In this document: one piece after another, positions 56,533 through 64,000 of the stretch | Numbering within the stretch: the first letter of the stretch is position 1 | Layout: each line of letters opens with the position of its first letter | Source of the DNA: Octopus sinensis | Taxonomy: Eukaryota | Reading direction: 5' to 3' | Length of the DNA: 64,000 nt | NCBI RefSeq assembly: GCF_006345805.1 | Contig: NC_043013.1 | Coordinates: forward strand, 35,836,001-35,900,000 | Notes under the pieces: generated by a model | Told to the model about the DNA's origin: nothing | Databases searched by the model: none | The model's input: the letters and a program-made list of their open reading frames with translations, nothing else | Made by a program: the position numbers and the translations under genes

Positions 56533-57460
56533 AGGCAGCGTGCTGGCAGAAACGTTAGCATGTCGGGTGAAATGCTTAGTGTTATTTCGTCTGTCTTTAC
56601 ATTGTGAGTTCAAATTCTGCCAAAGTCGACTTTACCTTTCATTCTTTCAGAGTCGATAAATTAAGTACCAGTTGCATACTGGGGTCGATCTAATCGACTG
56701 TGCCCCTCCCCCAAAATTTCGAGCCTTGTGCCTAGAGTAGAAAAGAATATATATTTCAACTAAGGCAGCGAGTTGGCAGAAATGTTAGCATGCCAGGAGA
56801 AATGCTTAGCAGTATTTCATCTGCTGCTACGTTCTGAGTTCAAATTCCACTGAAGTTGACTTTGCCTTTCATCCTTTCGGGATCGATTAAATAAGTACCA
56901 GTTATGCACTGAGGTCAATATAATCGACTTAATTCATTTGTTTGTCCTTGTTTGTCCCCACTGTGTATAGCCCCTTGTGGGCAGTAAAGAAATAAGAAAT
57001 GTTAGCACGCCAGGTGAAATTTTTAGTGGTATTTCATCTGTCTTCATGCTCTGAGTTCAAATTCCACTGACATCGACTTTGCCTTTCATCCTTTCAGGGT
57101 CGATAAATTAAGTATCAGTTGCAGACTGGGGTTGATCTAATCGACTGGCCCCCACCCCAAAATTTTCAGGCCTTGTGTCTAGAACAGAAAAGAATATTAG
57201 ATGGTGAAGGTGCATGGCTTAGTGGTTAGGGTATTTAGCTCATGATCGTAAGGTCATTAGTTCAATTCCTGGTGGTGTATTATGTCCTTCAGCAAGACAT
57301 TTTATTTCATGTTGCTCCAGTTCACTCAGCAGGCAAAAATGAATGGTACCTGTAATTCGAAAGGGCCATCCTTGTCACAGTCTGCGTCATGCTGAAATCT
57401 CTCCGAGAACTACATTAAGGGTACATGTATCCATATGGATTGCTCAGCTGGTACCCTTAA
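56533..57460 (+). mobile_element. Cluster of three same-strand S1 SINEs followed by an S4 SINE
   Basis: Heads at ~56533, ~56762, ~56998, ~57200; each starts in or just after the aagaa(t)a tail of the previous one. Confidence 0.85.
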
Positions 57461-57685
57461 ATTTCAAGTGTGATGCTAATCATCGGTTATTTTGAATTAA
57501 TGAGAGAAGTTGATTCTTACTACCTTAAGATGATTGTGAATTGTTGAGGAAGGCCATGCAGTGTCATGGTTTGATGTTGGTATATGGGTAGCATCAAACT
57601 AGCATCAAACCATATCACTGTGTGACCTTCATCAACCAATCACAGCCCACCTTACGGTAATAACAATCAACTTCTGTCATTCGAA

Positions 57686-57738
57686 TTCAAAATGGCTGAT
57701 GACTAGCATCAAGCTTGAAACTCAAGAGTACCAATGAA
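57686..57738 (+). ncRNA. Degenerate type I hammerhead-like motif upstream of (TA)n
   Basis: TGG/CCA stem I (extended TTCA/TGAA), CTGATGA, AGC/GCT stem II, GAAA, ACTC-aa-GAGT stem III, GTA triplet. Confidence 0.45.
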
Positions 57739-57761
57739 TTTTAATCAAACTGTTTTGATCC

Positions 57762-57818
<57 letters not shown>

Positions 57819-58379
57819 CATCATCACCATCATCATTTAACATTTGTCTTCTATACTAGCATGGGCGGAACAGTACCACAAGAGCCAGCCTGGTTGAAAC
57901 CTGCACCAGACTTTTGGGACTGTATTGGCAGGATTTTTACAGCTGGACGCCTTTCCTAACACCAACCACTCAGCAGATATACATGTATGTATGTATGTAT
58001 GAATGCAGGAATGTATGTATGTATTTACCTATATGCGTCTCACCACTCGACAGCTAATGTTGGCTTGTTTACATCATCACAACTTAGCGGTTTGGCAAAT
58101 AGAAACTGACAGAATAAGTAATAAACAAAATTAGTATTGGGGTCAATTTCTTTGACTAAACTCTTCAAGGTGGTACCCCAGTATGGCTGCAGTCCAATGA
58201 GTGACAGAAACACTTTCTATATGTGGGTATATATATGTGGGCGGGGGTAGGGTTCATACACTTTGGTGCCTCCTTGGCAGGACGTCACATGAATTTTGTA
58301 AATATGTGTCACCGTCATATAAGCAGCATTATACATATCCAGTCTTTTGTGCAAATTTGTCTGGTCATAAAGAAATATT

Positions 58380-58600
58380 CTTTTCTTTTCTACTCTAGGC
58401 ACAAGGTCTGAAATTTCGTGGGGAGGGTGCCAGTCAATTAGATCGATCCCAGTATGCAACTTGTACTTAATTTATCGACCCAAAAAGGATGAAATGCAAA
58501 GTCAACCTTAGCAGAATTTGATCTCAGAACGTTATGACAGACAAAATATTCGCTAAGCATTTCACCCAGCATGCTAACGTTTCTGCCAGCTCACCACCTT
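58380..58600 (-). mobile_element. SINE S1
   Basis: cttttctactctaggcacaagg...ttctgccagctcacc. Confidence 0.85.
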
Positions 58601-60084
58601 GGTCTTAGAGAAATATTACCTGGCTTTGATACAAGTGAGGTTTGGCAACAGCAAGAGCATCCAGCCATAAAAATCCTGCCTCAACAGTTTCCATCTAACT
58701 CATGCAAGCATAGAAAAGCAGACATAAGAATGATATCATTAGTTAGGCATGTATATATGTATGCATACATGTACATATATATACATGTATGTATGTATAT
58801 AATAACAGTTATGTGAAATTTTACCGAAATATTGCTGCTATTAACAATATTTATTTTATGGAATAATGTACGAGAGAGAATATTGGAGAACTGAAATGAA
58901 TGCCACACATCTTTGTTTGTTTTTATTTTTTTTTTTGCTGTTTTTATTTTTATTTTTCCCTTGTTTATTTAGATTAGTGATTGAGATTAATAATTAAAAT
59001 TAGTAATTAAATTTTTTAATTAAGAATTTTTAAAATTAATATTTCTGTTTACTTAAGATTTTTAATTTAATTTTCATGAATTTCGTGATGTGAAAACAAG
59101 AGAAGATAACAAAATATGAAAGTAAGATTAGCAAAATTTTTAAAATATTTATTTAGATTAATAATGATGAAGATTTACTAATTAAGATTAGTAATTAATA
59201 TTTGCGAGAATAATTTTTCTTAATTAAAATTCTGTCTCATTTTTCGTGGAATTTATAATTAAGATATTATTTTTCCTTTGCTGCCATGTGTGATATCACT
59301 TTGTTCTTTGTTTTATTTTGTTTTGTGTTTTTTTGTTGTATTTGTTTTGGTTGCATTCTTAGATTTCACAGATGGGTGGATCTTTGACCTTCTTCCTGTT
59401 CCATAGTGCTTAACTATGAAGAATGCAGAGAAAACTTGCTTTATAATCACATACTGAAATAAGTGCACACCAATTTTTGCGGTAAGGCTGGAACCTAATA
59501 CCTAGTGGTTAGTAGTTTATCAGCTTAGCCTCACATCCAACATAAACCTTCACTTAACTAATCCATAAATCTGGACTGCCCACTCCTTTCCTCACCCCAA
59601 GGTTGAGAGCGCAGGCTACTAACACCAAGATTCCGAGTTTAATTCCAGAAAGTGACCTGAGTAATAATAATGGTAATAATAAAAATAATAATAAGGAGCG
59701 GGAGTTGCTGTGTGGTAAGTAGCTTGCTTACCAACCACATGGTTCCGGGTTCAGTCCCACTGCGTGGCACCTTGGGAAAGTGTCTTCTACTATAGCCTGG
59801 GGCCGACCAAAGCTTTGTGAGTGGATTTGGTAGATGGAAACTGAAAGATGTCAGTCATATATATGTGTGTGTGTGTATTTGTGTGTCTGTTTTTGTGCCC
59901 CCAACATCGCTTGACAACCGATGCTGGTGTGTTTACATGTCCATAACTTAGCGGTTTGGCAAAAAAGACCAATGGAATAAGTACTAGGCTTACAAAGAAT
60001 AGTTTGCTCAACTAAAGGTGGTGCTCCAACATGGCCACAATCAAATGAATGAAACAAGTAAAAGAGTTAAAGAGTAACAACAAC

Positions 60085-60120
<36 letters not shown>

Positions 60121-60121
<1 letters not shown>

Positions 60122-60296
60122 TCAAAAAATACCTTAAGAATGAGAAACCAGATTTGAAATTTCCCCAAGACACCTGATGAAGGCTGGAGGGTATATCAGC
60201 TGAAACATGTTCACAACAAACAAGATGGGGACAAATATCTGTCAATGTAAATAATGTAAATAATTTACATAATTCCTCATCTCTTAAATAGAACTG
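60121..60296 (+). mobile_element. Third copy of the short hammerhead-bearing element, preceded by (AAT)n
   Basis: gacacctgatgaaggctggagggtatatcagctgaaacatgtt; stem III/I region damaged. Confidence 0.75.
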
Positions 60297-60827
60297 TGAT
60301 ATATATATATATATATTATATATCTATATATATATATATATATATATATATCCTTATTACTGTTATTGTTGTTAAGGTGGCAAGCTGGTGCAATCATTAG
60401 CACACTGGACAAAATGCTCAAAAGATTCCTGAATAAGGTTTGCTTAAGGGGTGAATTATTCAAATCCCAAAGAATTCCTTTTAACATATGGCTATGATGC
60501 TCCCTCACAACTTCTGCTTGTGATCAGAGATGCACATATCATCACCCACCCAAGGGACATGCTCAACTGGTTAAGCTCAAACAACTGACAAGCTAATCTG
60601 TGGTATTGAGCAGAATATTTGCTGCAACCCATCTTTTATACCAAGACAAAACAAGGCAGATGGTAACGCTTCCAATCAGTTAAGATCAGAAGTCATGAAA
60701 GCCACAGCTTCGTACTGCTATTATCATTAGGAGAGTTAGCTGGTAGAACTGTTATCATGCCAGGCAAAATACTCTGTGGTATTTTGTCTGTTTATATTCT
60801 GAGTTCAAATTCCACCAATATATATAT

Positions 60828-61110
60828 ATGGTTCCAGGTTCAGTGCCACTGTGTGGAGCCTTCGATAAGTGTCTTCCACTATAGCCTCAGGCCAACCAAA
60901 GCCTTGTGAGTGGATTTGGTAGATGGAAACTGAGAGTAGCCCGTATATATATATATATATACGACGGGCTACTCTCAGTTTCCATCTACCAAATCCACTC
61001 ACAAGGCTTTGGTTGGCCTGAGGCTATAGTGGAAGATACTTATCGAAGGCTCCACACAGTGGGACTGAACCCGGAACCATGTGGTTGGTAAGCAAGCTAC
61101 TTACCACACA
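60828..61110. repeat. Fold-back duplication of an S2 SINE head around (TA)n
   Basis: 60828-60943 is reverse complement of 60962-61080 and shares private variants (ccttcgataag, gagagtagcccg). Confidence 0.92.
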
Positions 61111-62257
61111 GCCACCCCTATACTATACCACTCTAGTATAGGTATGAATTTCAGTGAACATTTCACTGCTATTTCTAGCATGCTGACTCTATCACTTATA
61201 GTTCAAGACCCTGTTGTTGTGTTGTATGCCCTTAGTTATCTTCCAGTATACATGGTGTTTATGATGCTGCCACAGTAATGGTTACATTTACATTGGCATC
61301 AAGGCTCATGGTATTTATATTTAGACAATCTGAAACTCTGGTTAAATAAACCAAACACTGATATTAAAATGAAGAGGAAGAACAGCAATTACTAGAACAG
61401 CTACAACATGGTAAATAGCAACAAAAATTACAACAAAAAAAACTAATATAAAAAATAAGACAAAAAAAAAACTAATCTAAGTTGACCAATCAGAGATCAT
61501 CCACAAAGATCGCTACCATCCATTTGAAATTAACCCTTGTCTCTTTGTAATACAATTAAGATGCGTGTTGCGGTGACTCATGTGACATACGCCATCCAAA
61601 TCCCAACCCATCTGCCACTGTCCACTGCCTGCAGAGCCATCTACCATCCTCAACCACCATCATGCACTCGCATTCTCTGTCAATCCTTTGCCCCCCCTCC
61701 ACCCATGACCATCCAATACCACTACTGTTATCGCCGCCGCCACCACCACCACCACCATAACTGCCACCACAACTTCTCGCCATTACCCATTCTGTTCCGT
61801 CATCACTACCATCCACACCATTGCCAAACTCCAACAACAACAACAACCATCACCACCACTACTACCACCACTCTCACCATCACCACCATCGGTTCATACC
61901 ACCAGTGTCATCTACCATTACCTCTAAGGAGCCAGGGAGAGAGTCTCTTTGTAACAGCTTGATCTGCTAGAAATAGCAGCCAAATACCCTCAAATTATAT
62001 GCTGAGCCCCATCCCCACTCCTGGCCTCCATGCTGTCTTGAGTATGAAAAAGACAAATTGAGGAATATAGTTCAATATAAGTAAGTGGGGATGGTCACGG
62101 CTGGAATATTTTTTTATTGTGAAATCGTTTGCTTTAGAAAGGACATCCAGCCATAAAAGTCCTTGCCAAAGCAAAACAGTGAAGTTTGGTGCAGTCCTCT
62201 GGTTTACTGGCTCCTGTCAAACTGTGCAACCGATGCCAGCAAGGATGACAGACATTA

Positions 62258-62290
<33 letters not shown>

Positions 62291-63166
62291 GGTGGTGGTG
62301 ATGATGATGATGATGATTCCTATTTTTCGCTTTTGGCACATTAACCTGTGTAGGTTGAACTAACGTAAAATGTTAAAGAAAGAAACCCACCTGCTTCTTG
62401 CAATACATACCAATATAGACATCTAAAGCAGAAGGTTTTCAGGGGTTCTTAAAATATTATTCTGGATCCCCAATTTAATATTTTGTTGCACAGATCCCCA
62501 AAAGCCTTATATGGGTACTCAGGAACTATATGAACCTCAGGGGTCATATGAACCTCTAGAGGCCATATGGAACCTGATTGAGAAACACTAATCCAGTGCC
62601 TCATCCTAAAGTCATTGCCAGAATCTGAAAGGGATGTAGAGCTGACCAGCACTATTTGGCACCTCATCCTTACATCTTTTATAATATCTGGCCACCGGCA
62701 CATCCGTACCCATAGCACGTAAAAAGCACTATCCAAACGTGATTGATGCCAGGCCTGCCTAACTGGCTCCTGTGCCAGTGGCACGTAAAAAGCACCTGCT
62801 ATACTCTATGAGTGGTTGACATTAGGAAGGGCATCCAGCTGTAGAAACATTGCCAGATCAGATTGGAGCCTGGTGCAGCTGTTGGCTCTCCAGACCTCAG
62901 TCAGACCGTCCAACCCATGCCAGCATGAAAAACGAACGTTAAAGAATGATGATGATGTGGAGGATTATGATGAGAGTCCATCACTGTCCATTCTTTAATC
63001 TCTACACTTCTACTAACATCTGGTACTAAATGTCCAATATTTGGACGACTTAGAGTTCAGGAACTCTCACTGACTATTCAAGCAAAGGATTCATTTATTC
63101 CATATGTCTTCAAAAGAGACCTTGATTCCTTGATGCCTGATGTCAACACAGTATCATCACTTTTTT

Positions 63167-63404
63167 TGTAGTTCGATATATTTGCACAAAGGTGTTGTTG
63201 TGATGAGAGCTATGATACCCCTTTGCGAGAGTTAGACTAGTCCGAGTAAAGTATAAATAACAACGATCTGAGTGAGTTCGAGGTTCAGAGTTCAGAATCA
63301 AGTGAAGTTCATGTTAGATTGCAGTAAAGTCAAAAGGTGATACTTGGTTAGTTCACAAAGAATATTGATTGTTGGTTCATAAAGAGATTTGTTGGCTTGT
63401 TACA
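63167..63404 (+). mobile_element. Possible solo LTR
   Basis: tgta...ttaca ends, internal gtataaata; flanks ttttt/ttgtt are only a weak TSD. Confidence 0.25.
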
Positions 63405-63579
63405 TTGTTTTTACTGTTGTCTGGTTGTCTTATTGTACTTAAATAAGATGTGGAATGCAAAAATTCCCATATAAACACACACATATACATATATACATTT
63501 GCACACCACCCTATGTATATATGAATGCATATTGTACAATGCTTGGCGATTGTAGTGTAAACAGTGATACTAGAATACA

Positions 63580-63839
63580 GTAATGACAAAAAAACAAGGA
63601 GTGAGAGGGGTGAGAGGGAGGGAGAGACAGGGAGGGAGAAAGAGAGAGAGAGAAAGAGAGAGAGAGAGGAGAGAAAGAGAGAGAGAGAGAGAGAAAGAGA
63701 AAGAGAGAAAGATTGAGATAAAGAGAGAGAGTAAGAGAAAGAGAGAGAAAAAGAAAGAGAGAGAGAAAAAGAGGGAGAGAAAGAAAGAGAAAGAGAGAAA
63801 GAGAGAGAGAGAAAGAGACAGAAAAAAGGAGAAAGAGAA

Positions 63840-63870
<31 letters not shown>

Positions 63871-64000
63871 AAAAGAGAGAAAGGGAGAGAGAGAAAGAGA
63901 GAGAAAGAAAGAGAGAGAGAGAAAGAGAAAGAGAGAGACAAAGAGAGAGAGATAGAAAGAGAAAGAGAGAGCGATAGAAAGAGAAAGAGAGAGAGATGAG
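63580..64000. repeat. GA-rich simple repeat
   Basis: Directly visible. Confidence 0.97.

Noticed and set aside
58930-59280. Mitochondrial insertion (very AT-rich block)
   Set aside because: No mitochondrial gene, rRNA or tRNA motif recognisable; AT richness alone is insufficient.

Overview
Eukaryotic (animal) DNA, almost certainly octopus/coleoid cephalopod, inferred from recognisable tRNA-derived SINE families and extreme microsatellite density; no database search was run. I found no supportable host protein-coding exon: most ORFs in the track are translated microsatellites, SINE strands or TE relics. The window is a retroelement/transposon graveyard: a head-to-head fold-back Penelope-like element (RT + GIY-YIG), CR1-, RTE- and R4/Dong-like LINE 3' ends, three Tc1/mariner elements with TIRs, a non-autonomous Helitron and dozens of SINEs. 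Three themes stand out. (1) SINE multimers (6-mer, 3-mer, 2-mer) each bracketed by a single target-site duplication, suggesting insertion as concatemers. (2) Several hammerhead-ribozyme-like motifs of different architecture, including one in an ORF-less 838-bp terminally redundant element inserted in (TA)n. (3) A recurrent set of local fold-back palindromes. There is also an apparent CpG-rich to CpG-poor transition near 16-17 kb. SINE family labels S1-S4 are my own working names.
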